A DNA stretch of 50,433 nt, from contig CAKAQP010000001.1 of the NCBI GenBank assembly GCA_916720285.1, positions 1-50,433 of the forward strand. Reading direction: 5' to 3'. A program made the translations under genes and the position numbers. A model generated the notes under the pieces. It was not told where the DNA came from and ran no database searches. It saw nothing but the letters and a program-made list of their open reading frames with translations. The DNA is from an uncultured Lachnoanaerobaculum sp. Its GTDB lineage: Bacteria; Bacillota; Clostridia; Lachnospirales; Lachnospiraceae. This document shows positions 1 through 9,132 of this stretch, piece by piece (position 1 is the stretch's first letter; each line of letters begins with the position of its first letter).

Positions 1-1
1 C

Positions 2-1144
2 CTATTTCAGCACTTCTCTGGCTATAACAACCTTGTGAATCTCTGAAGTACCTTCATATATTTCTGTTATCTTTGCATCTCTATACATTCTCTCCAAAGG
101 ATAGTCTCTCATATATCCATATCCTCCATGTATCTGTAATGCCTTATCTGTTACTTCAACCGCTACCTTTGATGCATTAAACTTTGCAATAGCAGCCTCT
201 TTTGTATATGGCATACCGCTCACTTTAAGGCTTGCAGCTCTATATGTCATCCATCTTGCACACTCAACCTTTGTAGCCATCTCCGCAAGATACCATTGCA
301 AGCCCTGCAATGAGGAAATAGGTCTGCCAAATTGTACTCTTTCTTTTGTGTACTTTATGCTTTCATCCAATGCACCTGCCGCAATACCCACAGCCTGCGC
401 CGCAATTCCTATTCTTGCACCGTCAAGTGCAGTCATTGCAATTTTAAATCCCTTACCGAGCGGTCCTATAAGATTATCCTTTGGAACTCTGCAATTATCA
501 AATATAAGCTCCGCTGTCTCTGATCCGTGAAGTCCCATCTTATCTTCTATCTTACCTATTGAAAATCCGGGTGTACCACGCTCTACCAATATACAGCTTA
601 GTCCCTTAGTCTTTAACTCCGGTGAGGTAAGAGCAAATACCAATACATATTTTGCCAATCCTCCACCTGTTATAAAACATTTTGTACCGTTTAGTACATA
701 TTCCTGTGTTTTCTCATCAAATATAGCTGTTGTTCTTGCACTTCCTGCATCAGATCCGGCATTCGGCTCGGTGAGGGCAAATGCCCCCAACTCGCCTCCT
801 GCACATACTACCGGCAAATATTTTTGCTTTTGTTCTTCAGTACCGAATTTTTCGATTACCGAAGCAAATATAGTATGTATTGAAAGTGTAGCTGCAGTAG
901 AACCGCAGTATTTAGCTATTTCTTCCACAGCAATTATCTTTTCGATATCGCTGCCTCCGCTACCGCCGTATTTTTCCTCAGTTCCTATACCGGTTAATCC
1001 CATCTTGGTCATCTCCAAAAATAAATCTTTTGGAAATTTTCCGCTTCTATCTATTTCTTCAGCTCTTGGTTTTACCACATTTTCACTGAAGTCGGCTACA
1101 GTTTTTTTAAGCATCAACTGTGCTTTGGAAAAATTAAAATCCAT
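2..1144 (-). CDS. Acyl-CoA dehydrogenase (Bcd/AcrC-like; candidate acryloyl-CoA reductase catalytic subunit)
   Basis: 380 aa with ACAD motifs ALTEPNAGSDA, NGTKCFITGG, ERVQFGRPI, QIHGGYGY and IYEGTSEI. GGAGGA RBS. Lies directly downstream of the lyase/CoA-transferase genes. Confidence 0.92.
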   Translation of the reverse strand: MDFNFSKAQLMLKKTVADFSENVVKPRAEEIDRSGKFPKDLFLEMTKMGLTGIGTEEKYGGSGGSDIEKIIAVEEIAKYCGSTAATLSIHTIFASVIEKFGTEEQKQKYLPVVCAGGELGAFALTEPNAGSDAGSARTTAIFDEKTQEYVLNGTKCFITGGGLAKYVLVFALTSPELKTKGLSCILVERGTPGFSIGKIEDKMGLHGSETAELIFDNCRVPKDNLIGPLGKGFKIAMTALDGARIGIAAQAVGIAAGALDESIKYTKERVQFGRPISSLQGLQWYLAEMATKVECARWMTYRAASLKVSGMPYTKEAAIAKFNASKVAVEVTDKALQIHGGYGYMRDYPLERMYRDAKITEIYEGTSEIHKVVIAREVLK

Positions 1145-1157
1145 TTCTTTTCCTCCA

Positions 1158-2726
1158 CTAGATTACGCCTTCTTCTTTTAATTGCTTCAATGTTTCATCA
1201 TCAAAGCCGTAAACCTCTTTATTATGTTGTCCAAGAAGCGGTGCCGGTGCATCTACACTTCCCGGTGTTTCGCTCAGCTTGATAGGACAACCCTGTATAT
1301 ACATATCACCTATTGTAGGATGCTCAACATGTACCATCATCTCTCTTGCCTGGAAATGTGGATGTTCTATTGCTTCCTTCATATCAAGTATCTGTCCGCA
1401 AGGTATTCCGACCTCCTCAAACAGTCTTTCTACTTCTGCCTTGCCTCTTTGTTTTACCCAATCTACAATTATCTCATGTAAACCGTCATTGTAATTTTTA
1501 ATTCTGAGATCATTGGTAGCAAACTTCTCATTTGTAACAAGATCAGGTCTGCCTATTACATCACAGAACAGCTTAAATAGTTTATCTGTACCTACTCCAA
1601 GTGCGATATATCCGTCCTTTGCCTCATATACATTGAATGGTGAAACTGTAGCATCAATATTTCCCTGTCTCTGAGGTATAATTCCTTTAAGAGTTGTATA
1701 GATTATTGCATTTTCAAGCAATGTAAATATAGTATCTGCCATAGCCACATCTACCTGCTGACCTTCACCGGTTACATTTCTTCTGTAAAGCGCCATAAGT
1801 ACACCGACACAAAGATAAATTCCTGTAACATTATCAGCTACCGATACTCCGCATTTTACAGGAGGAGCATCTGTATAGCCTGTAAGATTTATCATACCGC
1901 CAAGAGCCTGTGCAACGATATCATAGCACGGCCTGTTTGAGAAAGGTCCATACTGTCCGAAACCGCTACCTGAAGCATAAATTATTCTTGGATTTATCTT
2001 CTTTAATGTCTCATAGTCAACTTGTAATTTCTTTGTTACTCCGACTCTGAAGTTTTCTACCACTACATCAGCCTCTCTGACAAGGTCATAGAAAATCTCT
2101 CTTCCTTTTTCAGTCTTTAAGTTAAGAGTAACTCCTTTTTTATTTCTGTTTATAAATGCATAAAATCCGCTTTCACCGCTATTATCATCCATTGGAGGCC
2201 AATACCTTGACTGATCACCTGTAAGAGGCTCTATCTTTATAACCTCAGCACCGTTATCTGCTAAAAGAGCGGTACAGAAAGGACCGTTATATGCATGTGT
2301 AAGGTCAAGAACCTTAAGTCCCTCAAGCGCTTTTGCTTTCTTTTTCTCCTTCTTTGCAGGAATAATGTATTCAAAAATACATACTGTTGAAAGAGGAGGA
2401 TCTTCCAAAACATCTATGGAGCTCTCAAACTCGGGCTTCTCAGGGATAACCGCAATCTTAAATGAACGCACTTCAATGATTGCTCTACCGTTTTCCTCAC
2501 CTAAAAGCCTTGCCTTATACTCCATATAATCTCCGGCAAAACATGGTACAAACAGTCTTACTTTTCTTACCTTTGCACATCTGCTTTGATTTCCATAAAC
2601 CTTGGTCATCAATCTGTTTGCGGTATCTTCCATCAAAGTAATAGACCTTGCACCGTTTACAACACCTCCACCGTAGAAAACATCTCTATCTGACATTCTA
2701 TATCTTAATGTAACTTCAGTACTCAT
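1158..2726 (-). CDS. Fusion of an N-terminal Kal/Acl-type hotdog domain (aminoacyl-CoA ammonia-lyase-like) and a family III (CaiB/BaiF) CoA-transferase
   Basis: aa 1-125 contain RMSDRDVFYGGGVVNGAR...PCFAGDYME. A Lys-rich linker KKEKKKAK follows, then LEGLKVLDLTHAYNGPFC, NRNKK, DVVVENFR and a probable catalytic Asp in VSVADNVTG. Confidence 0.85.
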   Translation of the reverse strand: MSTEVTLRYRMSDRDVFYGGGVVNGARSITLMEDTANRLMTKVYGNQSRCAKVRKVRLFVPCFAGDYMEYKARLLGEENGRAIIEVRSFKIAVIPEKPEFESSIDVLEDPPLSTVCIFEYIIPAKKEKKKAKALEGLKVLDLTHAYNGPFCTALLADNGAEVIKIEPLTGDQSRYWPPMDDNSGESGFYAFINRNKKGVTLNLKTEKGREIFYDLVREADVVVENFRVGVTKKLQVDYETLKKINPRIIYASGSGFGQYGPFSNRPCYDIVAQALGGMINLTGYTDAPPVKCGVSVADNVTGIYLCVGVLMALYRRNVTGEGQQVDVAMADTIFTLLENAIIYTTLKGIIPQRQGNIDATVSPFNVYEAKDGYIALGVGTDKLFKLFCDVIGRPDLVTNEKFATNDLRIKNYNDGLHEIIVDWVKQRGKAEVERLFEEVGIPCGQILDMKEAIEHPHFQAREMMVHVEHPTIGDMYIQGCPIKLSETPGSVDAPAPLLGQHNKEVYGFDDETLKQLKEEGVI

Positions 2727-2737
2727 ATTACCCCCTA

Positions 2738-3193
2738 TTAAAGTTCAAGTTCTCTCCAAGGGTCAATAACTTCACCACTTGGCTGATTTCCACGTTGTAA
2801 TTCTTTCTTTACTACAAGTACTACAGTACCTTCAGTAATCAATTTTGGAGGATCGAAATAATACATATCTCCCGGATTAGCATCTTTGATACCCATTCTA
2901 TATGCAGGAGTTGCAACTTTATAAGTGCTTATTCTACATGTTCTTGATGTATTTCCCACCTTTAGCATCTCTGCTCTGAAATTAAGTTGATCACCTACAT
3001 ATGCATCTTCATACAGCTCAACATCCGTATATCCAAGGCACAAAGATTCATCACCGTCATTTAATATCATCAACTCTGTTTCAACATCACCGATAAAGTC
3101 AAACTGTCTCCCAAACGGTATTTTTCCGTCAACATTATTTGCATCGGCAGTTGTCATATTATAATTTAATTCCGCTACTTTTCTAACACTCAT
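2738..3193 (-). CDS. Beta-alanyl-CoA/3-aminobutyryl-CoA ammonia-lyase-like hotdog protein
   Basis: 151 aa with GDVETELM..NDGDESL, VGD, VGNTSR and C-terminal LQRG, which resemble Acl/Kal. GAGGTG RBS. Confidence 0.8.
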   Translation of the reverse strand: MSVRKVAELNYNMTTADANNVDGKIPFGRQFDFIGDVETELMILNDGDESLCLGYTDVELYEDAYVGDQLNFRAEMLKVGNTSRTCRISTYKVATPAYRMGIKDANPGDMYYFDPPKLITEGTVVLVVKKELQRGNQPSGEVIDPWRELEL

Positions 3194-3216
3194 TTTACAC
3201 CTCTGTTCTACTGTAA

Positions 3217-3245
3217 TGTTGGGGCCAAAATATTTGACCCCAACA
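3217..3245 (-). other. Intergenic RNA hairpin without U-tract
   Basis: Minus strand TGTTGGGGTCAAA-TAT-TTTGGCCCCAACA, 13-bp stem with one G-U pair. Confidence 0.6.
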
Positions 3246-3256
3246 CTTAAATCATA

Positions 3257-4513
3257 TTATTGAGCATCACACTTTAATACTGCATTCAAAAGTACGCTGG
3301 CACCCTTTGTACACTGCTCAACCGGAGTAAACTCCTCTTCACAATGAGAATGTCCGTCCTTTGAAGGTACAAATATCATTGTAGTAGGCATCATATAGCT
3401 TACAAACTGTGCATCATGTCCCGCACCTGAGTTGATTCTTTGATTTGAATATCCGAGCTCATTTACAGCCTCTGTTACATAACCTATAAGCTTCTCATCA
3501 TAGTAAACTGTATCTCTTGACCATGCTCTCTCATAACCTGTAGTACAGCCTACTATTTCCTTCGGTATATTCTTTATTACTTCAACAACCTGCTCTATAA
3601 CCTTAGGATCCTCATGTCTTGCATCTATTGAGAACTCTACAAAATCAGGAATAACTGTATGTACATTTGGATGACATACTATCTCACCTGTTGTATATAC
3701 GAGTGCCTTGTCAAGCTTATCAAGCTCATCATGAAGATACTGTAAAAGCTTTGCAGCTGCATATAATGCATCTTTTCTATATGGCATAGGAGTTGTTCCT
3801 GCATGATCTGACTGTCCGAACGCTTTGATTCTGTAGTTTATCATTCCAAGAACACAGGTAACTATTCCGATATCATTCTTTGCAGCCTCAAGGATAGGTC
3901 CCTGCTCAATATGAAGCTCGAACATTGCCTTATAATCCTTAGGATTTAATCTGTTTGCTACATCTCCCTTATAGCCGCTTGCTTCAAGGGCCTCTTTAAA
4001 TGTCTTATTCTTATCAAGAACTGAAGTTGATGCAAGCATATCCTCATGCTTAAACTTCTTTCCAATCTCTTCCGGTAAGTAATCATTACAGATAACTCCT
4101 GATGACATCATAGCTGGTGGATATAAAGATCCTTCCTCATTTGTCCAAATCATTGCTACGAGATTGTGCTTATGAGGTATCTTTTGTTCTGCAACAGACT
4201 CCAAAACTTCCATAGCTCCCATTACACCTAAAATACCGTCATAGTTTCCACCATTTCTTACCGAATCCGAATGTGAAGCCATAACAATTGCCGGAAGTGT
4301 AGGATCACTACCCTCTAATGTTGCATACATATTTGCCATATCATCGGTCTTAACCTTTGCACCGATAGCTTCCATTCTTTTCTTGAATTCAGCTCTTGCC
4401 ATTAGATTTTCTTTTGAAAGAGAATATCTCGTGATACCGCCATGTCCTGCATCACCAAACTGACTCATGGTTTTAATCTTATCTGCCATTCTATCTTCGC
4501 TACACTTATACAT
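3257..4513 (-). CDS. M20-family Zn amidohydrolase; beta-ureidopropionase (N-carbamoyl-beta-alanine amidohydrolase, PydC-like)
   Basis: Motifs SHSDSV, GGNYDG, NEEG, ELHIEQG, HAGTT and SGAGHDA. Follows the dihydropyrimidinase gene. Confidence 0.88.
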   Translation of the reverse strand: MYKCSEDRMADKIKTMSQFGDAGHGGITRYSLSKENLMARAEFKKRMEAIGAKVKTDDMANMYATLEGSDPTLPAIVMASHSDSVRNGGNYDGILGVMGAMEVLESVAEQKIPHKHNLVAMIWTNEEGSLYPPAMMSSGVICNDYLPEEIGKKFKHEDMLASTSVLDKNKTFKEALEASGYKGDVANRLNPKDYKAMFELHIEQGPILEAAKNDIGIVTCVLGMINYRIKAFGQSDHAGTTPMPYRKDALYAAAKLLQYLHDELDKLDKALVYTTGEIVCHPNVHTVIPDFVEFSIDARHEDPKVIEQVVEVIKNIPKEIVGCTTGYERAWSRDTVYYDEKLIGYVTEAVNELGYSNQRINSGAGHDAQFVSYMMPTTMIFVPSKDGHSHCEEEFTPVEQCTKGASVLLNAVLKCDAQ

Positions 4514-4553
4514 ATTTACCCCCTATTAAAACAATATATTCTTCATAAATTCA

Positions 4554-4588
4554 TACTGCCACTACCTATATATAAAGCAGTGACAGTA
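4554..4588 (-). other. Intergenic RNA hairpin
   Basis: Minus strand TACTGTCACTGCT...GGTAGTGGCAGTA; the mismatches are G-U compatible only on the minus strand. Confidence 0.5.
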
Positions 4589-4607
4589 AAACACAATCAT
4601 TGAAACT

Positions 4608-5978
4608 TTAACTTCTAGGTACTCTCTTTACGAATTTACCCATTCCCGGCTTTCCAACGAAATCTCCGTTATCATAGACAAGCTGTCCTCTGAGGAATGT
4701 CTTTACAGGATATCCGTGAAGCTTCTTTCCTTCCCATATAGTATGGTCATAGTCTGAATGCATATTATTTATACTTATGGTAAAATCCTTATCCCTATCA
4801 TAGATTACTATATCCGCATCATTTCCTACTCTGACTCCGCCTTTCTTATCACATCCGAATATTCTTGCAGGATTTGTTGAGCAAAGAGCCACAGCCTGTG
4901 AGAATGTGATCTTACCTGAATTCGCAGCATCAAGCATATATGGATACATATTTTCCACACCTGCACATCCGTTTGGAATCTTTGTAAAGTCATCTATACC
5001 CCAGTCCTTTTCATAGCTCTGGAACGGGCAGTGATCTGTCGCTACTACATCGATCTGATTTTTCTTGATTGCTTCCCAAAGAGCCTGTCTGCTTTCTTCT
5101 CCTTTTATAGGAGGTGAACATACAAAGTTTCTTCCGTCTTCTCTCTTATATACCTCACATGTGAACTCAAGATACTGTGGGCAGGTCTCAACATAAATAG
5201 GAACGCCCTCTTTCTTACCTTCTATACATGCTTCAAGTCCTTCCTTGTCAGCCATATGAACAATGTAGAGCGGTGCATCCAAATGCTTACACCAATGCAG
5301 AGCTCTTCTGTCAGCTTCAGCTTCAACAAACTCCTGACGTGCCAGATAGTGGTACCAAGGGCTCAAATTGCCTTCTTTTTTGAACTTAGCTTCAAAATAA
5401 TCTATCATATCGGAATTCTCTGCATGAACATTTACCAATGCTCCGAGTTCCTTTGCTCTAAGAAGCAAAGTTGCAAACATTCCGTCATCTACCATCATTC
5501 CGGCTTTTTTGTATACCATGAAGCATTTGTAAGATGTAATACCTTCTTTAACCGCTTCTTCCATTTCTTCAAGTATCTGACCATCATTGAAATCGGTAAT
5601 AATACAATGTGATGCCCAGTCTACACAGGCTTCTTTTTCAAGTATGGCTTTTTTTGAATTTACCAAATCCATAATAGTGCCACCTTTTCTCTGAACCGGA
5701 TAATCAAATATTGTAGTAACTCCTCCACAGGCTGCAGCTCTGGTACCTGAAAGGTAACTGTCCGCAGATATGGTTCCTCCAAAAGGCATAGCCAAATGAG
5801 TATGTACATCCAATGCTCCCGGAAGCACAAGCTTACCTGTAGCATCCACTACTTCTTTTGCCTCCATGTCAAGATTCAGACCCATCTCCACGATTTTTCC
5901 GTCTTTTACCCCTACATCACATGGGAACATATCCGTTGCTGTAACTACCACACCACCTTTAATAATTAAATCTAACAT
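4608..5978 (-). CDS. hydA: Dihydropyrimidinase
   Basis: Amidohydrolase motifs PGALDVHTH, AACGGVTT, VHAEN, VHM, ETCPQYL, SPP, ATDHCPF and IPNG. Confidence 0.93.
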   Translation of the reverse strand: MLDLIIKGGVVVTATDMFPCDVGVKDGKIVEMGLNLDMEAKEVVDATGKLVLPGALDVHTHLAMPFGGTISADSYLSGTRAAACGGVTTIFDYPVQRKGGTIMDLVNSKKAILEKEACVDWASHCIITDFNDGQILEEMEEAVKEGITSYKCFMVYKKAGMMVDDGMFATLLLRAKELGALVNVHAENSDMIDYFEAKFKKEGNLSPWYHYLARQEFVEAEADRRALHWCKHLDAPLYIVHMADKEGLEACIEGKKEGVPIYVETCPQYLEFTCEVYKREDGRNFVCSPPIKGEESRQALWEAIKKNQIDVVATDHCPFQSYEKDWGIDDFTKIPNGCAGVENMYPYMLDAANSGKITFSQAVALCSTNPARIFGCDKKGGVRVGNDADIVIYDRDKDFTISINNMHSDYDHTIWEGKKLHGYPVKTFLRGQLVYDNGDFVGKPGMGKFVKRVPRS

Positions 5979-5998
5979 AAATCAACCCCCCTGATATA

Positions 5999-7261
5999 TT
6001 ATAGATAACTATTAGTTTCCTTTAAATTAATTGTATGATTATCATTCTTATCCTTATATACAAGTTTACCCGGTGTTATACACTGCATTACCGGACAAAC
6101 ATTTAAGCAAAGATGACATCCTACACATTTATCTTCATTTATTGTAGGAACTCTGGTTGCATAATCATATTCAATAGCCTGATGTGCCGCATCAAAGCAT
6201 GATACATAGCATCTTCCACATCCGACACATTTTTCTTTATCGATCTGAACCAGGATCTTATATGATCTATCCAAATCATCAGCACCAACAATATTTCCTA
6301 CGGCGGTACCCACTATATCCTGAAGTTTATTTATTCCGTAATCATTCATATAATGTGATATACCGCTTATCATATCTTCAACAATTCTATATCCATATTG
6401 CATTACTGCAGTTGTTACCTGAAGATTTGATGCACCAAGCATCAAAAATTCCAAGCAGTCTCTCCAGGTTTCTATACCACCCATTCCGGTTATCGGAACT
6501 TTGCTTACAATAGGATCATGCATTAAGTCTGATATAAATCTGAGTGCAATAGGTTTTACAGCCGCTCCGGAATATCCTGATATTGCAGATTTTCCGTTTA
6601 CAACAGGCATACCTGTTCTAAGATTTATATCAAGGTTTGTGATAGATTTTACTGTATTTATGGCAGCTATTCCTTTTGCACCGCCTTCTATAGCTGCTCT
6701 TGCAGGAATTTCCATATTTCCAAGGTTTGGTGTCATCTTTGCTATTATCGGTAATTTTGTGCTTGAAGAAGCCACTTCACAATAATGCTTTACCAAATCA
6801 GGATTTTGTCCTACATCAGAGCCCATAGTTGATGATGTCATCTGCGGACATGAGAAATTACATTCAATCATATCCGCTCCGGCCTTTTCAGACTCTTTTG
6901 CAAGTATCGCCCACTCATCATCGCTTGCGCCCATGATACTTGAAACTATCACTTTATTCGGAAAGTCCTTCTTTAATTGCCTGATAAACTCAAAGTTTAC
7001 TTCATTCGGCTTGTCTGAAGTCATCTCCATATTCTTAAATCCGGTCCAAGGTGTTCCCTCTTTTGAAGCTATATCAAATCTTGGTGAACATTCATTTGGT
7101 ATAAAAACGCTTATTGTTTTATAAAAAATACCACCCCAACCGGCTCTCAGTGCCTTAGCACACATTTCATAATTACTGCCTACAGGTGAAGAAGATAGAA
7201 AAAAAGGATTCTCACAATCAACACCTAAAAAATTTATTGATAAATCTTTTTTCAAAGCCAT
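5999..7261 (-). CDS. preA: NAD-dependent dihydropyrimidine dehydrogenase subunit PreA
   Basis: FMN barrel with [19 protein letters not shown] and GYSGAAVKP, plus a C-terminal 2x[4Fe-4S] domain (CVGCGRC...C, CVGCHLC...CP). Confidence 0.95.
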   Translation of the reverse strand: MALKKDLSINFLGVDCENPFFLSSSPVGSNYEMCAKALRAGWGGIFYKTISVFIPNECSPRFDIASKEGTPWTGFKNMEMTSDKPNEVNFEFIRQLKKDFPNKVIVSSIMGASDDEWAILAKESEKAGADMIECNFSCPQMTSSTMGSDVGQNPDLVKHYCEVASSSTKLPIIAKMTPNLGNMEIPARAAIEGGAKGIAAINTVKSITNLDINLRTGMPVVNGKSAISGYSGAAVKPIALRFISDLMHDPIVSKVPITGMGGIETWRDCLEFLMLGASNLQVTTAVMQYGYRIVEDMISGISHYMNDYGINKLQDIVGTAVGNIVGADDLDRSYKILVQIDKEKCVGCGRCYVSCFDAAHQAIEYDYATRVPTINEDKCVGCHLCLNVCPVMQCITPGKLVYKDKNDNHTINLKETNSYL

Positions 7262-7271
7262 ATTAATCTCC

Positions 7272-8480
7272 TCACCTTATATAATCTAATATTTGGTAAG
7301 CTGCTTCTTTTCCTTCATGAACAGACTCTACCACTGTTATACCGACACCATGTAATGCATCACCACCGGTAAATACTCCATTACCCGCAACAAAACTCTT
7401 ATAGTCTTCAACCTGATCCTGTCCTATTGCAAATACGACCATATCTGCCTTAAGTGTCATCTCATTATCATCTTTCATTCCCTTTGCGACAAGAGATGTT
7501 ACATGACCGTTTTCTCCACAAATCTTTTCAGGTGCAAATCCTGTGTAAATAGGGATACCCATCTCTCTTACAAAAGAAATCTCTTCAATATTTGCAGGTG
7601 CTTCTTCTATAGTTCTTCTATAGCAGATACATGCTTTTTCTGCACCCAACTGTCTTGCTGTTGTAGCACAATCCATTGCTACATCACCGCCTCCGATTAC
7701 GATTACTCTTTCCGGAAGTTCCTTTATCTCACCTGTTCTTGCCTTAAACAAAAACTCGATTGCCGACTCAACACCCTTAAGATCGCTACCTTCTATATCT
7801 ACTTTCTTTGAATTCCAAAGACCAACTCCGACAAATACAGCGTCATACTCACTCTTAAGTTTAGGAATGTCTTCAAATTTAATTTCCTTACCGAATTCAA
7901 ACTTTACTCCCAACTCCTTTATAAGTTCTATATCAAAATCCACAACACGGTCAGGAAGTCTTGTAGGTGTGATTCCATATCTCAAAACTCCACCTGCCTT
8001 AGCCTGTTTTTCAAAAATTGTTGTATCCACTCCCGCAAGTGCGAGCTCTCTTGCGCAAGCAAGTGATGCAGGTCCGGCACCTATCAGTGCTACCTTCTTT
8101 CCGATCTTTTCTCCGGCACTGACAAATTTTGCCGACATAGCCTGTTCTTCTTCAACCAGATATCTTTGTATTTTACCGATCTGTATAGGCTTATCTATTC
8201 CACATCTACTACATTCTTCTTCACACATTCTGTCATAAGGACATACCCAGGCACATGAACCACCTAAAGGATTGTTCTCTCTTATTGTCTCTGCGGCACC
8301 CTTTATGTTCTTAAATCTCAGTGAGCGAATGAACTTAGCCGGATCTGTCCCTGCAGGACAGCCCTTAGAACAAGGTGCATCTTCACATAGAAGACACCTG
8401 GATGCTTCCTCCATGGCAAGTCTGTAATTAAAGCCTTCCGACTTCTCCATGCCATATGCCAATTTTAAAATTTTGCTCAT
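7272..8480 (-). CDS. preT: Dihydropyrimidine dehydrogenase subunit PreT (GltD-like flavoprotein)
   Basis: [36 protein letters not shown] and GGGDVAMD. Adjacent to preA. Confidence 0.93.
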   Translation of the reverse strand: MSKILKLAYGMEKSEGFNYRLAMEEASRCLLCEDAPCSKGCPAGTDPAKFIRSLRFKNIKGAAETIRENNPLGGSCAWVCPYDRMCEEECSRCGIDKPIQIGKIQRYLVEEEQAMSAKFVSAGEKIGKKVALIGAGPASLACARELALAGVDTTIFEKQAKAGGVLRYGITPTRLPDRVVDFDIELIKELGVKFEFGKEIKFEDIPKLKSEYDAVFVGVGLWNSKKVDIEGSDLKGVESAIEFLFKARTGEIKELPERVIVIGGGDVAMDCATTARQLGAEKACICYRRTIEEAPANIEEISFVREMGIPIYTGFAPEKICGENGHVTSLVAKGMKDDNEMTLKADMVVFAIGQDQVEDYKSFVAGNGVFTGGDALHGVGITVVESVHEGKEAAYQILDYIR

Positions 8481-8506
8481 ATTTAAAACCCCTTACTTTT
8501 TGATTC

Positions 8507-9016
8507 TTAATCCTCTAAAAATTTAGCAATGACCCAGTCTTTTTTATCGGTCTTCTTGAAAAACTTTGCTAATATAAATCTACCCAGATAATCTGATGCG
8601 AGCCCAACGATATTTCCCAGGATAAAGCAAATAATCAACATCTTCCAATTACCACCTGATGCAAAAGCACTAAAGCCGCCCATAAATGTGCAAGTTGCAA
8701 ATCTGGTCAAATCACAATGTGTGATATAGATGATAACTCCACTGAAAATTCCTGTTATCAATCCGTTAAACCATAGACTTCCGTTTACATTTACACATAG
8801 CCAAATGATTGTACATCCGATAAAAATACCTGCGATATTGCTGCATAACGATCTGATAAAACCGTTTTTTCCACATCCTGCTGCATAATAAGATGTACAT
8901 CCTGCAAAGCCTACCCACGTTGCTATCAGCGGACCGGCAAACATAGCCGAAATATATGTCCATAGACCACATACAATTATGTTTGATATGGTATTTGATA
9001 TAATAAATCCCGCCAT
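8507..9016 (-). CDS. DUF1097 (YcdZ-like) membrane protein
   Basis: 169 aa, multi-TM, with WVGFAGCTSYYA, SNIAG and FMGGFSAFA. AAGGAGG RBS. Confidence 0.75.
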   Translation of the reverse strand: MAGFIISNTISNIIVCGLWTYISAMFAGPLIATWVGFAGCTSYYAAGCGKNGFIRSLCSNIAGIFIGCTIIWLCVNVNGSLWFNGLITGIFSGVIIYITHCDLTRFATCTFMGGFSAFASGGNWKMLIICFILGNIVGLASDYLGRFILAKFFKKTDKKDWVIAKFLED

Positions 9017-9101
9017 ACTGTCCTCCTTTCCTACATATTTTATTTTTAAATGTTAAATAATTAACTATCATCTGTTTAAGAACTTATTTTATTCAATTAT
9101 T

Positions 9102-9132
9102 ATCTTAGAATATACAGCTATTGTATATTCAA
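9102..9132 (-). promoter_or_regulatory. MerR-type promoter/operator: TTGAAT-19 bp-TAAGAT with a 9-bp dyad
   Basis: -35 at 9132-9127 and -10 at 9107-9102, 19-bp spacer. Perfect inverted repeat GAATATACA-N5-TGTATATTC at 9108-9130. A MerR gene is adjacent. Confidence 0.7.
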
